Origin: Verrucomicrobiia bacterium
GTDB taxonomy: Bacteria > Verrucomicrobiota > Verrucomicrobiia > Palsa-1439
Length of the DNA: 64,000 bases
Reading direction: 5' to 3'
NCBI GenBank assembly: GCA_041495285.1
Contig: JBGQCJ010000007.1
Location: 534-64,533, forward strand
In this document: piece after piece, positions 26,581-36,985 of the stretch
Layout of the letters: every line of letters starts with the position of its first letter
Numbering within the stretch: position 1 is the stretch's first letter
Notes under the pieces: model-generated
What the model was told of the DNA's origin: nothing
The model's database searches: none
The model's input: the letters and a program-made list of their open reading frames with translations, nothing else
Translations under genes and position numbers: made by a program

Positions 26581-27003
26581 ATGCGACACGTCCGGGACGA
26601 AGCACTGCTCAGACGAATGGAACACCGTCGGCAAGCGCGGCAAACGGAACGGAGGCTGGCGGTTCTCCTCGCCGTGGGTGTGTTGCTGGCGCTCATCGTT
26701 GTAGAACTTGGTCGCGGTCTTCTCGCCATGCACGAGCTGGAGCAATTTGTATCGACGATCGAGCAAACTCCGGCCGCCGAGGTGAAACGCGAGGTGGCGC
26801 GATGGGCGCAAAGGTTGAACGACATGGATCCGTTGGTGCGTAACGCAGCGATCAGCGCAATGAAAGTCGCGACTGGAAAGAATCTCGCGCCGATGTCCGG
26901 TGCTTGGATGGCTTGGTGGAGGGAGAACGAAGCCACGTGGCAATATCAACCGCCGCGATCTCACGCGGCACCTCCTCCAACGCAACAACCCGCGCAACCA
27001 TGA
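26581..27003 (+). CDS. hypothetical membrane-anchored protein with HEAT-like segment (140 aa)
   Basis: ORF with a TM segment LAVLLAVGVLLALIVV and DPLVRNAAISAMKVATG (HEAT-like). Ends with a Pro/Gln-rich tail. No family assignment. Confidence 0.4.
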   Translation: MRHVRDEALLRRMEHRRQARQTERRLAVLLAVGVLLALIVVELGRGLLAMHELEQFVSTIEQTPAAEVKREVARWAQRLNDMDPLVRNAAISAMKVATGKNLAPMSGAWMAWWRENEATWQYQPPRSHAAPPPTQQPAQP

Positions 27004-27200
27004 AACTTTTTCACTGGGGATTGTTGTTGCGCTACATGGTGTACGGTGTCTTGCCCCTGGTCGTGGGGTTTGTCATACTGGAGCGGCATGTCGGCGAAGG
27101 CGCGGCAGGCTCGATGTTTGTGATTCTGGCGTTCGTGCTGCCGTTCGTGGCGATGGGGTGGCTTGGCTGGCAGCATTTTCGGCATCGGAAACCAAGATAG
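27000..27200 (+). CDS. small 2-TM membrane protein (66 aa)
   Basis: The ATG at 27000 overlaps the upstream stop (ATGA). MKLFHWGLLLRYMVYGVLPLVVGFVILE and SMFVILAFVLPFVAMGWLGW are the two hydrophobic helices. Confidence 0.35.
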   Translation: MKLFHWGLLLRYMVYGVLPLVVGFVILERHVGEGAAGSMFVILAFVLPFVAMGWLGWQHFRHRKPR

Positions 27201-27224
27201 GTCGCGGGGAGAAGGAGAGGACAC

Positions 27225-28643
27225 ATGGCTCAGATAGCGCCAAGTGTCAGTTATAGTTTCACCATGCGGTTGCGCCTCGCGAACAAAACCGGGATGTTCG
27301 CGAAGATTCTGCACACCATCGCTCAACAAAGGGGCGACCCCGGTGCCGTGGACGTTGTGCGCGCCGACCGCGAGTTCAAAGTGCGCGACCTCACCGTCAA
27401 CGCCCGCGACGACGAACATTCCCGGGCCATCATCGAAGCGGTGAAACGCCTCAAAGGCGTCACGGTCGTCAACGTCTCCGACCGCGTTTTCCTCATGCAC
27501 CTGGGCGGCAAGATCCGCATTCAAAACAAAATCCCGCTTACCACCCGCGACGCGCTCTCGATGGCTTACACGCCCGGCGTCGCGCGCGTGTGCATGGCCA
27601 TCGCCGAAGACAAACGCAAGGCGAGCACGCTCACCATCAAGCACAACTCCGTCGCCGTCGTCAGCGACGGCACCGCCGTGCTCGGCCTGGGCAACATCGG
27701 CCCGGAAGCCGCCATGCCGGTCATGGAAGGCAAGGCGATGCTCTTCAAGGAATTTGGCGACATCGACGCCTATCCGATTTGCCTCCAGACGCAGGACACC
27801 GAGGAAATCATCAAAGCGGTGAAATGGATTTCGCCGGGTTTCGGCGGCATCAACCTCGAAGACATCAGTGCGCCGCGTTGCTTCGAGATCGAGGCGCGGC
27901 TGAAAAAGGAACTCGACATCCCGGTCTTCCACGACGACCAGCACGGCACCGCCGTCGTCGTTCTCGCCGCGGCCATCAATGCGCTGAAAATCGTGAAACG
28001 AAAGATGAGTAAGATCAAAATCCTCATCGTCGGCGCCGGCGCGGCAGGCGTCGCCGTCACGAAAATGCTTCAGGCGGCCGGTGCGCGACACATCGTCTGC
28101 TGCGACCGCAAGGGCATTATCTGCAAGAAACGGTTGCCGGACCTCGACTTCAGCAAAACGTGGCTGGCCGAGCATACCAACGAGCGCAACGTCACCGGCA
28201 GCATTGAAGACGCGGCGCGCGGCGCGCACCTGTTCATCGGCGTCAGCGGTCCCGGCGTGTTTCCGGTACGCGCACTGAAGAAGATGGCGAAGGATCCGAT
28301 TGTGTTTGCGCTCGCCAATCCTGTTCCCGAAATCATGCCGGAGCAAGCCGAGCAGTACGCGCGCATCATCGGCACCGGCCGGAGCGACTATCCGAATCAA
28401 ATCAACAACGTGCTCGGTTTCCCCGGCATCTTCCGCGGTGCGCTCGACGCCCGGGCCACCGACATCAACGAGCCGATGAAACTCGCCGCGGCCAAGGCCA
28501 TCGCCGGCTGCATTACCGCCGACGAACTCAGTGAGGAATACATCATCCCGAGCGTGTTCAACAAACAAGTCGGCCGCCGGGTGGCGCGCGCGGTCGAAGC
28601 CGCCGCGTACGCCAGTGGCGTGGCCAAAAGAAGAAGGGGTTAG
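27225..28643 (+). CDS. NAD(P)-dependent malic enzyme (ACT regulatory domain plus malic enzyme, no PTA domain)
   Basis: N-terminal ACT-like domain, then canonical malic-enzyme motifs: [67 protein letters not shown] (NAD-binding Rossmann), [10 protein letters not shown]. Confidence 0.9.
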   Translation: MAQIAPSVSYSFTMRLRLANKTGMFAKILHTIAQQRGDPGAVDVVRADREFKVRDLTVNARDDEHSRAIIEAVKRLKGVTVVNVSDRVFLMHLGGKIRIQNKIPLTTRDALSMAYTPGVARVCMAIAEDKRKASTLTIKHNSVAVVSDGTAVLGLGNIGPEAAMPVMEGKAMLFKEFGDIDAYPICLQTQDTEEIIKAVKWISPGFGGINLEDISAPRCFEIEARLKKELDIPVFHDDQHGTAVVVLAAAINALKIVKRKMSKIKILIVGAGAAGVAVTKMLQAAGARHIVCCDRKGIICKKRLPDLDFSKTWLAEHTNERNVTGSIEDAARGAHLFIGVSGPGVFPVRALKKMAKDPIVFALANPVPEIMPEQAEQYARIIGTGRSDYPNQINNVLGFPGIFRGALDARATDINEPMKLAAAKAIAGCITADELSEEYIIPSVFNKQVGRRVARAVEAAAYASGVAKRRRG

Positions 28644-28745
28644 CGTTTCACATCCGTGCTTGCGTATCCGGCATTCTGCGCGATACTCTGCCCGGCACAT
28701 CAGCGAAAGGCGTTGAACACGAAGTCAACAAACGGAGGCGGGTTC

Positions 28746-29705
28746 ATGAAAGTCAGAAACTTGAAGTGCATCATTTTGGTTTGCCTGTTGGCCATCGTCG
28801 CGACATTCCCGGTCGGCGCGTGGGACGGCACGGGGCACATGCTCGTGGCGCAGATCGCGCGCGACCGGCTTAACGACAAAGCGCGCGCGAAAGTGGACGC
28901 GTTGGCGGCGCAACTCGACAACAACGGGGTGCCATACAACGGCGTCAGCCTTGCCTGCTGGCCCGACGACATCAAAGACCGGAAATCGAAGTCACCATTT
29001 CAAGGACAGTTCAGACCATGGCACTATATCGATATCGGATGTTTGCCAACTGATCCCGATGTGCTCGCGCATCCGCCCACGTTGACCAAGACGAATGGCG
29101 ACGTGATTGTCGCGCTGAATCACTGCATCGATCTCATCAAGAACAAGAAAACTGACGAATTAGTGCCGAGCGAATCGGTGGCGCTGGCGTTGCTGATACA
29201 CTTCGCGGCCGACATCCATCAGCCGTTGCACACCACCGCGCGTTACAATCCCGACCCCAAACCGGACGACAAATATAAGGACGACGCGGGCGGCAACGGG
29301 GTCAGCCTCGCCAACCTCGCGGACACGCCGTGGGGAAAGAATCTTCACACGTTCTGGGACGAGGCGTACCGGCGCTATTATAAGGATGGCGAGGTCAAGG
29401 CGTTGCCCGAACTCAAAGAGGCGACCGCGCTGGGCAGCCCGGAGATGAAGGATTGGTTGAAGAAGCTTGAGTCCGACGCGCCGACCGGCAAGCCCGCGCT
29501 CGGATTCGACGCGAAGAACTGGGCGCTGGAGACGCACGAGATCGCTTGCCGGCAAGTGTACGGCACGCTCGACGCACCGTACGGCGCGCGCGACATCAAG
29601 CTGACGGAGAAGTACGTCACGGAAGCGACGCAGACCGCGCGCCAGCAGCTCGTGCTCGCCGGTTACCGGCTGGCGGCGCTGTTGAACGAGCTTTACGGGA
29701 AGTGA
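28746..29705 (+). CDS. secreted S1/P1-family nuclease
   Basis: Start at MKVRNLKCIILVCLLAIVATFPVGA (signal peptide). The mature N-terminus WDGTGHMLVAQIA matches the S1/P1 WGxxGHxxVAxIA zinc-ligand motif. Further His/Asp ligand regions are present (HFAADIHQPLH). Confidence 0.8.
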   Translation: MKVRNLKCIILVCLLAIVATFPVGAWDGTGHMLVAQIARDRLNDKARAKVDALAAQLDNNGVPYNGVSLACWPDDIKDRKSKSPFQGQFRPWHYIDIGCLPTDPDVLAHPPTLTKTNGDVIVALNHCIDLIKNKKTDELVPSESVALALLIHFAADIHQPLHTTARYNPDPKPDDKYKDDAGGNGVSLANLADTPWGKNLHTFWDEAYRRYYKDGEVKALPELKEATALGSPEMKDWLKKLESDAPTGKPALGFDAKNWALETHEIACRQVYGTLDAPYGARDIKLTEKYVTEATQTARQQLVLAGYRLAALLNELYGK

Positions 29706-29721
29706 AATCGGCCGGCGCGGG

Positions 29722-30186
29722 TCAGCGGGGCCGGGAGGATGGGCCGGACTCGCCGCCCATCTCGCGCACCGTCTCGATGTAACGCTGGAAACGCTCGACC
29801 GGGTCCGTAATGGCTTTCCATTTGAGCATGGCGCGCACGCGCTTCAGCAGGTCCGAGACGTCGATGGGTTTGGAAACGAAATCGTCGGCGCCAGCAATCA
29901 TCGATTCCACGAGATGCTCGCGCGATTGGGTGCCGGTGACGACAATGATCGGAATGTTCTGCGTGCGGTCGTCCGCCCGGATCGTCTTGCAGAAGGTGGC
30001 ACCAGTCATCCCCGGCAACCGCAGGTCCAGCAGGATCAAATCGGGCCGGAGATTCAGCGCTTGCTTGACGCCGTCCTCACCGTTGACCACTGTCTGAATG
30101 GTGAAATTGTCGGGCGCGAGAATGTCCTTGAGGAAATTCTGCATTTCCACATCGTCTTCAACGATCAAGATGCTTTCCGCTGACAT
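29722..30186 (-). CDS. single-domain response regulator (CheY-like receiver only)
   Basis: Start at MSAESILIVEDDVEMQ (ATG 30186). Receiver motifs: phospho-acceptor LILLDLRLPGMTG, PIIVVTG, K in VSKPID. The 371-aa ORF upstream of this Met is GC-skew noise with no domain. Confidence 0.75.
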   Translation of the reverse strand: MSAESILIVEDDVEMQNFLKDILAPDNFTIQTVVNGEDGVKQALNLRPDLILLDLRLPGMTGATFCKTIRADDRTQNIPIIVVTGTQSREHLVESMIAGADDFVSKPIDVSDLLKRVRAMLKWKAITDPVERFQRYIETVREMGGESGPSSRPR

Positions 30187-30367
30187 GCTCAGGGCTGCGA
30201 CTCCTCCGGCACGAGAATCCAATACTCCCGGCGTCCCGGCCTGACAAGAACTTTTCTCGCAGCGCGGAAGTGTCCTTGGCGGCCCGTGGCTGTAGAACCA
30301 CGCTGCGATTCCGTCCGCGTTCGGTCTTGCAGTTAAGCGGGCGCAGCGGTATTTAGCGGGTCGGAGG

Positions 30368-31945
30368 TTGCGAATGAAGAAACGAACAACTCTTCTTGCC
30401 GCACTGGCCGCATTGTTCTCGTGTGACCGGACATTCGTGAAGCAGCTCTTCGCGGTTTGGCTTTGTTGTTGCCTGCCCACATGGCTCTTGGCCGAGACGG
30501 GGTCACACGGCATCGAGAATTCCATCGTGAAGGTGTTCTCCACGATGCGGTATCCGGATCCGTACAAGCCGTGGACGAAGCAGGCGCCACGGGAAGTGTC
30601 CGGCAGCGGCGTCGTCATTGAAGGCAAACGTATTCTGACGTGCGCCCACATTGTCTTGTACGCGAGCCAGGTGCAGGTGCAAGCGAATGAGGCCGGTGAC
30701 AAGATCTCCGGGAGCGTCGAGGCGGTCGCACCGGGCATTGACCTCGCGGTGATCAAGCTCGATGACGACAAATTCTTCGAATCGCATCCGCCGCTGGCGC
30801 GTGCGCGTGGATTGCCGGACGTGAAGGATGCCGTCACGGCCTATGGGTATCCGGAGGGCGGAACGAGTCTTTCGATCACGAAGGGTGTGATCTCCCGCAT
30901 CGAATTTGTGCCGTACAATCATGAAGTCGCCGGCTTGCGGATTCAGATCGACGCGGCCATCAACCCCGGCAACAGCGGCGGACCGGCTATTGTCGGCGAT
31001 CGAATGATCGGGCTCGCGTTCCGTCGTCTGGGCGGCGCCGATAACATTGGCTACATCATCCCGAACGAAGAGATCGATCTATTTCTTCAGGACATTGCCG
31101 ACGGCCACTATGACGGCAAGCCAGCCCTGTTCGATGAACTGCAGACGCTGGAAAACCCGGCCTTGCGCGCGTTTCTGAAACTCGACGATTCAGTCAAAGG
31201 GATTGTCGTGCATCGGCCCGACCGCGATGACCCCGGCTATCCGCTCAAAGAATGGGACGTCATCACTCGGATAGGCGACACGCCCGTTGACGATCAAGGC
31301 ATGGTCAAGCTCGGTGCCAACCTGCGTGTGCATTTCCAATATCTTGTGCAGAGCGTCGCGAAGAACGGGAAGGTGCCGTTGACCGTCGTCCGCGCCGGTA
31401 AGGAGACCCACGTCGAAGTTCCCGTGTGGCCGACTTCACCACGCGTGATACCGGAGTTGGAAGGCACGTACCCGTCCTATTTCATCTATGGGCCGCTCGT
31501 ATTCTCAGCCGCCACGGTAGAATTCACCGAGGGCCTCGCGAAGACCAGTAAAGGCACCGACATTATCAGCCGGTTGAGCTACACTGGCAGTCTGTTGGTG
31601 AAGCGCATGGGCGAGAAGCCCGCGTTTGAGGGCGAGCGACTCGTTGTCGTGTCGTCGCCGTTCTTCCCGCACAAACTTTCCAAAGGCTATTCCGTCCCCA
31701 TCACACAGGTCGTTAGAACCGTGAATCACATTCCCATCCGAAACCTCAACCATCTCGTGGAAGTGCTGCGAGACTGCAGCGACGAGTTTATCACCATCGA
31801 GTTTGATAAACGCTACGATGAAGCGCTGGTGTTCTCGCGCGCCGAGATGATTGCCGCAACAGATGAGATTCTGACCGACAACGGCATTCGCAGCCAAGGT
31901 TCGCCGGATACGCTCGCCGTTTGGAACGCCAAGCCAAAACACTGA
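30368..31945 (+). CDS. secreted trypsin-like serine protease (S1C/Trypsin_2 domain) with about 300-aa C-terminal extension of unknown function
   Basis: Catalytic triad contexts TCAHIV (His), DLAVIKL (Asp), GNSGGPAI (Ser). Hydrophobic N-terminus. The C-terminal half has no recognisable PDZ signature. Confidence 0.8.
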   Translation: MRMKKRTTLLAALAALFSCDRTFVKQLFAVWLCCCLPTWLLAETGSHGIENSIVKVFSTMRYPDPYKPWTKQAPREVSGSGVVIEGKRILTCAHIVLYASQVQVQANEAGDKISGSVEAVAPGIDLAVIKLDDDKFFESHPPLARARGLPDVKDAVTAYGYPEGGTSLSITKGVISRIEFVPYNHEVAGLRIQIDAAINPGNSGGPAIVGDRMIGLAFRRLGGADNIGYIIPNEEIDLFLQDIADGHYDGKPALFDELQTLENPALRAFLKLDDSVKGIVVHRPDRDDPGYPLKEWDVITRIGDTPVDDQGMVKLGANLRVHFQYLVQSVAKNGKVPLTVVRAGKETHVEVPVWPTSPRVIPELEGTYPSYFIYGPLVFSAATVEFTEGLAKTSKGTDIISRLSYTGSLLVKRMGEKPAFEGERLVVVSSPFFPHKLSKGYSVPITQVVRTVNHIPIRNLNHLVEVLRDCSDEFITIEFDKRYDEALVFSRAEMIAATDEILTDNGIRSQGSPDTLAVWNAKPKH

Positions 31946-31979
31946 ATCGACGCTGAAGCCGGCCTCCTGCTAGGCCGTC

Positions 31980-32130
31980 CGGTAGCTGGAGAGGACCCAG
32001 TCGCTTAGGAATTTGTCGGGGTCGGCGAGGGCGGCCTTGGGAATGACGAACTCGGTCTGGCCGGTATTCGTTTTGATAAGGTTGAGGCCGAACTGGTAGT
32101 CTTTGAACAGCTCCCGGACACGCTGCCGCA
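31980..32130 (-). pseudogene. decayed duplicate of the 3-prime end of the ClpX-like gene (about 150 bp, about 95% identical to 33306..33443 plus 33557..33575)
   Basis: A direct DNA repeat CGGTAGCTGGAGA(G/C)GACCCAGTCGCT... is shared with the C-terminal coding end of 33296..34849. The copy carries a 113-bp internal deletion between AACTCCCGG short repeats and has no upstream reading frame. Confidence 0.6.
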
Positions 32131-32169
32131 GGCCATTCGCTGATTGGATAATTGCCGCCCGGCTTTGGA

Positions 32170-32955
32170 TTAGCGACGCGCCGTTCGCCGACGGGTGAAC
32201 GTGGCGACGCCCAGCCCACCAAGCACCACCAGCAGGAACGCGCTCGGCTCGGGGATGGTCGTCAGCGCAAATGCCATGTCGATGCTCTGGCCTTGGAACG
32301 GATGGCCGGGCGGATAGTGCATGTCGCGCCAGTTGGGCGGAAGCTGAGGCAAATCATCGAACACAGCGTCGTCGTTGAAGTGTTGGAGCGACGTCTTCCA
32401 GCCGAACAGGCCATTGGTCGTCATCACCGACACATCGAGCCAGTAGATGTTGCCGATCTGCTGCGTGAACGCATTCGCGGGATCGATGAAGAAGTTGTAT
32501 TGCCAAATCTCCGTGTCGGATCCGATGATTGCATTGACGTTGGGATCGTAGAAGCCCTCGTTGGCGTTGGTATAGAATCTTTCGATGAATTGGCCCGGTA
32601 CGAAGTTCGTGGCCCAAAGCTGCGCCCCCGGTTGACTCCAAGGTGTGAGCGCCCCCGCCGGGATGTCCGAGTGGAAGCTGATGTGGAAGTTGGTGATCGA
32701 ACCAACCCCTATGTTATTCAGCCACGAACCCCAGATGTGGATGTCGGTAATCTCCCCTGAGAAGGTGCACAGAAAATCATCGGCCAATATCTTTGGCGCC
32801 GTAGCCCGGACGTCCATGCCGAAGTTCTGGTCCGGCATCTGGACCCATTTTGCCGGGTCGCCGGGATTCCAATCGGCCCGCACCGGCGCCGCTATGCCCA
32901 CCAAAGCAATGATGGCCAGCACTGCGAAGTAGCTTCTGATGACTGATACGTTCAT
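32170..32955 (-). CDS. PEP-CTERM sorting-domain protein (secreted, 261 aa)
   Basis: Start at ATG 32955, preceded by GGAGGAA. Signal peptide MNVSVIRSYFAVLAIIALVGIAAPVRA. The C-terminus IPEPSAFLLVVLGGLGVATFTRRRTARR* is a textbook PEP motif plus TM helix plus Arg-rich tail, i.e. an exosortase substrate. Confidence 0.8.
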   Translation of the reverse strand: MNVSVIRSYFAVLAIIALVGIAAPVRADWNPGDPAKWVQMPDQNFGMDVRATAPKILADDFLCTFSGEITDIHIWGSWLNNIGVGSITNFHISFHSDIPAGALTPWSQPGAQLWATNFVPGQFIERFYTNANEGFYDPNVNAIIGSDTEIWQYNFFIDPANAFTQQIGNIYWLDVSVMTTNGLFGWKTSLQHFNDDAVFDDLPQLPPNWRDMHYPPGHPFQGQSIDMAFALTTIPEPSAFLLVVLGGLGVATFTRRRTARR

Positions 32956-33295
32956 AGCCTCGTTCCTCCATGGATAAGCTGGTTGTTTGTAGCTGATTTG
33001 GAGTACAACCACAGGTGGTTTGAGGCTACAACGATGCTACCCTGCTGAACAACGGAGTGCTTACCCAAATTGCCCCAGCAGGGGAAACTGCGGACATCTC
33101 GAAAATCGGCTCTCACCTTACTCTGGCCTCGCCATCCCATGACCAAACGCGTCGTGACGCTTCTCCTAAGAAGCAAAGTGTAGTCAAGCGTGTAAGCGAA
33201 AGTCAAGAACAAACCCTCGTCCGTTGAAAAGTTTCTTGAGCCGGCGGTCGCTGAGGCTGTTCTTGCGACAGATCGGACGCGGTTCAACGAGGCGA

Positions 33296-34849
33296 CTATT
33301 CCTTGCGGTAGCTGGAGACGACCCAGTCGCTGAGGAATTTGTCGGGGTCGGCGAGGGCGGCCTTGGGAATGACGAACTCGGTCTGGCCGGTATTGGTCTT
33401 GATAAGGTTGAGGCCGAATTGGTAGTCCTTGAACAACTCCCGGCAAAGGTCCGTCACGGATTTGTGCGCGTGTTGGGCGCGGTCAATGATTTCCTCGACA
33501 GCATCACTGTCGATCGAGACGCGCAGTTTGTGTTTTTCCTCAAACTTGCGCTCGAACTCCCGGACACACTGCCGCATCACTTCGCGTTGCTCGTAGGCCG
33601 GCTCGTGCAAGATGCGCTGCAATTCCTCGTGAGGATGCTCCACGAGTTCGCGGGTGACGACGAACTGGTGGATGTTCGAGGACGGCAGCTCGAACTTGAA
33701 GTCGCGCAAGACGTGCTCGCAGACGGTGAGCAGGCCGCGCGCGCCGGTATTCTCCAGAGCCGCTTTCTCGGCGATGGCGTGCAGTCCTTCGTCGGAGAAA
33801 ATCACATCAATGCCGAAGGAATGAAAACTAGACTCGTATTGCCGGACGACCGAGCCTTCGCTTTGCCGGAGAATGTTATACAGATCGTCCACGCCCAGTT
33901 TGTCGAGCACGACGCGGACCGGTAGGCGGCCAACGAACTCCGGCTCGAAGCCGAACTTGATGAAGTCCTCGGTCTGCGCCTGGCGCATCAGGTCGGCTTG
34001 GCCGATGTCTTCGGCGAGATGACCGCCGAAACCGATCTGCGATTCGCGCAGGCGGCGGCGGACAATCTCGAGCATCTGATCGAACGCGCCGCTGACGATG
34101 AAGAGGATGTGCTTGGTGTTGATTGTCTCCCGTTTGACTTTGCCGCCGTGACGCTGAAACTCGAACGCCGCCTGTAGTTGCGCCTGAATGTCGGTCGGTG
34201 AACGGAGCGGCACCTCGGTTTCTTCCATCAGTTTGAGAAGATTGGTCTGCACGCCGCGGCCGCTGACGTCCCGGCCGATGATGTTGGCCGGCGTGGAGAT
34301 TTTGTCGATCTCGTCGAGGTAAACGATGCCGTACTGGGCCAGACGAATATTGCCGTCGGCGCGGTGGACGAGTTCGCGGACCAAATCTTCGACATCGCCG
34401 CCGACGTAACCGGTCTCGCTGAATTTCGTGGCATCGGATTTCACAAACGGCACGCCGATGAGGTCGGCGATGATCTTGATGAGATAGGTTTTGCCAACGC
34501 CGGTCGGGCCGATGAGCAGGACGTTTTGCTTCACATAATCGCGAAGTTCCTCGCCTTGTTCAGTGGCCTTGACGTGGTTGTAATGGTCGCAGACGGCGAT
34601 GGCGAGCGCCTTCTTGGCGTCTTCCTGCCGGATGACGTAACGGTCGAGGTGCGCCTTCACGTCTTTGGGTTTGAGGTTGAAATCAAACTCGACCTTGCGG
34701 CGTTTCGGTTCTTCCGCGGGTGGCGTGGTCTCGATGGTTTCCGGCTGAGGCGTGCCGGCAAAGACCACCCGGTCGCCGAATTCTTTCTTCATGAATTCGG
34801 AGAGCTTTTTCTGAATCTCATCCGGCGTTGGCAGCGGCTGATCGCTCAT
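33296..34849 (-). CDS. ClpX/HslU-family AAA+ unfoldase (ClpX-like, no N-terminal zinc finger, Lys/Glu-rich N-terminus)
   Basis: Walker A LLIGPTGVGKT. The ClpX-type signature VPFVKSDATKFSETGYVGGDVEDLVREL, the sensor region and a C-terminal small helical domain are present. At 517 aa it is longer than canonical ClpX. Confidence 0.7.
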   Translation of the reverse strand: MSDQPLPTPDEIQKKLSEFMKKEFGDRVVFAGTPQPETIETTPPAEEPKRRKVEFDFNLKPKDVKAHLDRYVIRQEDAKKALAIAVCDHYNHVKATEQGEELRDYVKQNVLLIGPTGVGKTYLIKIIADLIGVPFVKSDATKFSETGYVGGDVEDLVRELVHRADGNIRLAQYGIVYLDEIDKISTPANIIGRDVSGRGVQTNLLKLMEETEVPLRSPTDIQAQLQAAFEFQRHGGKVKRETINTKHILFIVSGAFDQMLEIVRRRLRESQIGFGGHLAEDIGQADLMRQAQTEDFIKFGFEPEFVGRLPVRVVLDKLGVDDLYNILRQSEGSVVRQYESSFHSFGIDVIFSDEGLHAIAEKAALENTGARGLLTVCEHVLRDFKFELPSSNIHQFVVTRELVEHPHEELQRILHEPAYEQREVMRQCVREFERKFEEKHKLRVSIDSDAVEEIIDRAQHAHKSVTDLCRELFKDYQFGLNLIKTNTGQTEFVIPKAALADPDKFLSDWVVSSYRKE

Positions 34850-34870
34850 AATAGTCGTCTGACCATACCG

Positions 34871-36985
34871 TCAAATCTCCCAGTTTTCAACGCCGGCTGC
34901 CGGCCTGCCTTGCTGAAAACGCCGGACGGCTTCGGTCGTGCCGACGACCACGAGATGGTCGCCGGCGTTCAGGCGGGAGCGCGCCTGCGGTTGCTCGACG
35001 GAAGTTTTGCCGGTCACTGGGTCGCTGTGTTTGATCTGCAGCAATTGAATACCGTAATTGCTGGCCGGAGAGATTTCACCGATAGTCCGATCGACGAACG
35101 CTTCCGGCACGGCGATGCTTTGAATCTGGAAATCCTCCGGCAGTTCCACGTACACGCCGCGTTCGGCTTCTTTGCCGGTCATGGTGAAGCGGCTCATCAA
35201 CGGGCGTTTCTGCAGGATTTCCTGATTGTACACACCAATCAGGTCGCGCTTGGAAATCCAACCGAGCAGCTTACGACTTTGCTCGCCGTCCAGGACCGGC
35301 AATCGCTCCGAGTTCTGCTTCCAGAATTTCTCCATCGTGTCCGCCAGACATTGCTCGGGCGTCACGAAGGCGAACGATCCGTCAAGTAGATCGTAGGCAA
35401 TCACCGAATCGAGCGAATCCCCGTGGCGCAACATCTCTTTCAGTCCGTGCAACGAAATCGCGCCAAGGAACCGGTCAGTCCCGTCCACGACGTACAAATT
35501 GTTGTAGGACGATTTCAGAAACCGATCCATCACCATCGTGAACGGATCGGTTTGCTTTACCGCGTCCGCACCTTCGTGCATCAGGTCGCGCACGCGCAGG
35601 TTTTGCATGATGCTGGCTTCGGGACCGCTCGGCAACACGACGCCGCTTCGCCGCAACGATTCTTCGTGCAACGATTCCCGTTTCAACAGGCGCGCGGTCA
35701 GGTAGCTGATGATGCAGACGAACATCAGCGGCAGAATAATCTGCAAGGAGTTCGTCTGTTCGAAGATCATCACAATGGACATAATCGGGGCGTGCGTCGT
35801 ACCGGCGATGATCGCGCCCATGCCGACCAGCGCGTACGCGCCCTGATCGGCGGTGTGTTGCGGAAACAAATGGTGCACGCCGTACCCGAATGCGCCGCCC
35901 AGCAACGCGCCGATCATCAATGACGGCGTGAACAGACCGCCCGCGCCGCCGGAGCCTCGCGTCAACGCGGTGGCGACGAGTTTGGCCAGCGGTAAGATCA
36001 GCAACAGCCCGATGGACAATTTATCGTGCAGCGCCATGTTGGCGGCATCAAAGCCATTGCCGTACACATGGGGTAGCCAGATGCCGATGACGCCCACCAT
36101 CGCAAACCCGACCGCGGGCTTCGTGTAACGCGGGAGCGGTAACTTCTTGAACGCGTCCTCCGTCCAAAACAATGCCTTGGTGAACGCGACCGACACAATC
36201 CCACTCAGGATACCGAGCGCGAGGTAGCCGAACAGTTCCCAGCCGGACACCAGTTCGTAGCGCGGAATAATGAAACGCGGCAGGTCGCCCATGCCGGCGC
36301 GAAACACCAGCGTCGAAATGACCGACGAAATAACCACCGGCCCGAATATCTCCGGCGCAAAGTTGCCGATCAGAATCTCCAGCGTGAAGATCGTGCCGCC
36401 AAACGGCGCGTTATACACGGCCGCCAGCGCCGACGAGGCGGCGCAGCAAACCAGAATACGCAAGTGCTGCGTCGTGAGACGGCACCGGCGGCCCAGATAC
36501 GAGCCGTACGCCGAGGCGAATTGGATCATCGGGCCTTCTCGCCCCAGCGAGCCGCCGCTGGCGACGGTCACGATGCCGGCCAACACGCGCGGCATCGTTT
36601 GGCGCAGTGAAATCTCGCCGCCCTTCAACGCCAGTGCCTGAATCATACCGGCCGTGCTGTGACTGCTGGCATCGCTTCGAAGCAACCAGCCGAGCAGTCC
36701 GACCAAGGCACCGCCCGCCGCGAGGATTAGCACGCGCCAGTACCAGGGATACTGGAGCGCGGCGTCGAGATGGTGTTCCCCGCTTCCCCAAAACATATTC
36801 TGGAAGTAGGCGATGAGATGCGCGATGCCCATCGAAGTGAGGCCGGTCACCAGACCCACCAACGGGATGAGGATAAGAAATGCGTTCTCGCTGGGCGTGC
36901 GTCGGGCCAGTTGCGCCCAGACCAGCGTCTGAAACTTGTTGCCGACCGCCCGAAACCGTTGCACCAACGTTTGCATCAGCACCAC
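34871..36985 (-). CDS. ClC-family chloride channel/transporter with C-terminal CBS pair and TrkA-C-like domain
   Basis: Selectivity-filter motifs GSGIP-like (GGSLGREGP), GKEGP-like, GxFxP (GLFTPS). Multiple TM helices are followed by CBS-type segments and a C-terminal TrkA-C-like beta domain. Confidence 0.8.
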   Translation of the reverse strand: MVLMQTLVQRFRAVGNKFQTLVWAQLARRTPSENAFLILIPLVGLVTGLTSMGIAHLIAYFQNMFWGSGEHHLDAALQYPWYWRVLILAAGGALVGLLGWLLRSDASSHSTAGMIQALALKGGEISLRQTMPRVLAGIVTVASGGSLGREGPMIQFASAYGSYLGRRCRLTTQHLRILVCCAASSALAAVYNAPFGGTIFTLEILIGNFAPEIFGPVVISSVISTLVFRAGMGDLPRFIIPRYELVSGWELFGYLALGILSGIVSVAFTKALFWTEDAFKKLPLPRYTKPAVGFAMVGVIGIWLPHVYGNGFDAANMALHDKLSIGLLLILPLAKLVATALTRGSGGAGGLFTPSLMIGALLGGAFGYGVHHLFPQHTADQGAYALVGMGAIIAGTTHAPIMSIVMIFEQTNSLQIILPLMFVCIISYLTARLLKRESLHEESLRRSGVVLPSGPEASIMQNLRVRDLMHEGADAVKQTDPFTMVMDRFLKSSYNNLYVVDGTDRFLGAISLHGLKEMLRHGDSLDSVIAYDLLDGSFAFVTPEQCLADTMEKFWKQNSERLPVLDGEQSRKLLGWISKRDLIGVYNQEILQKRPLMSRFTMTGKEAERGVYVELPEDFQIQSIAVPEAFVDRTIGEISPASNYGIQLLQIKHSDPVTGKTSVEQPQARSRLNAGDHLVVVGTTEAVRRFQQGRPAAGVENWEI

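Noticed and set aside
26961-28700. 579-aa minus-strand ORF opposite the malic enzyme gene
   Set aside because: It mirrors a gene with unambiguous malic-enzyme motifs on the plus strand. Low-complexity Arg/Gly/Asp-rich translation.
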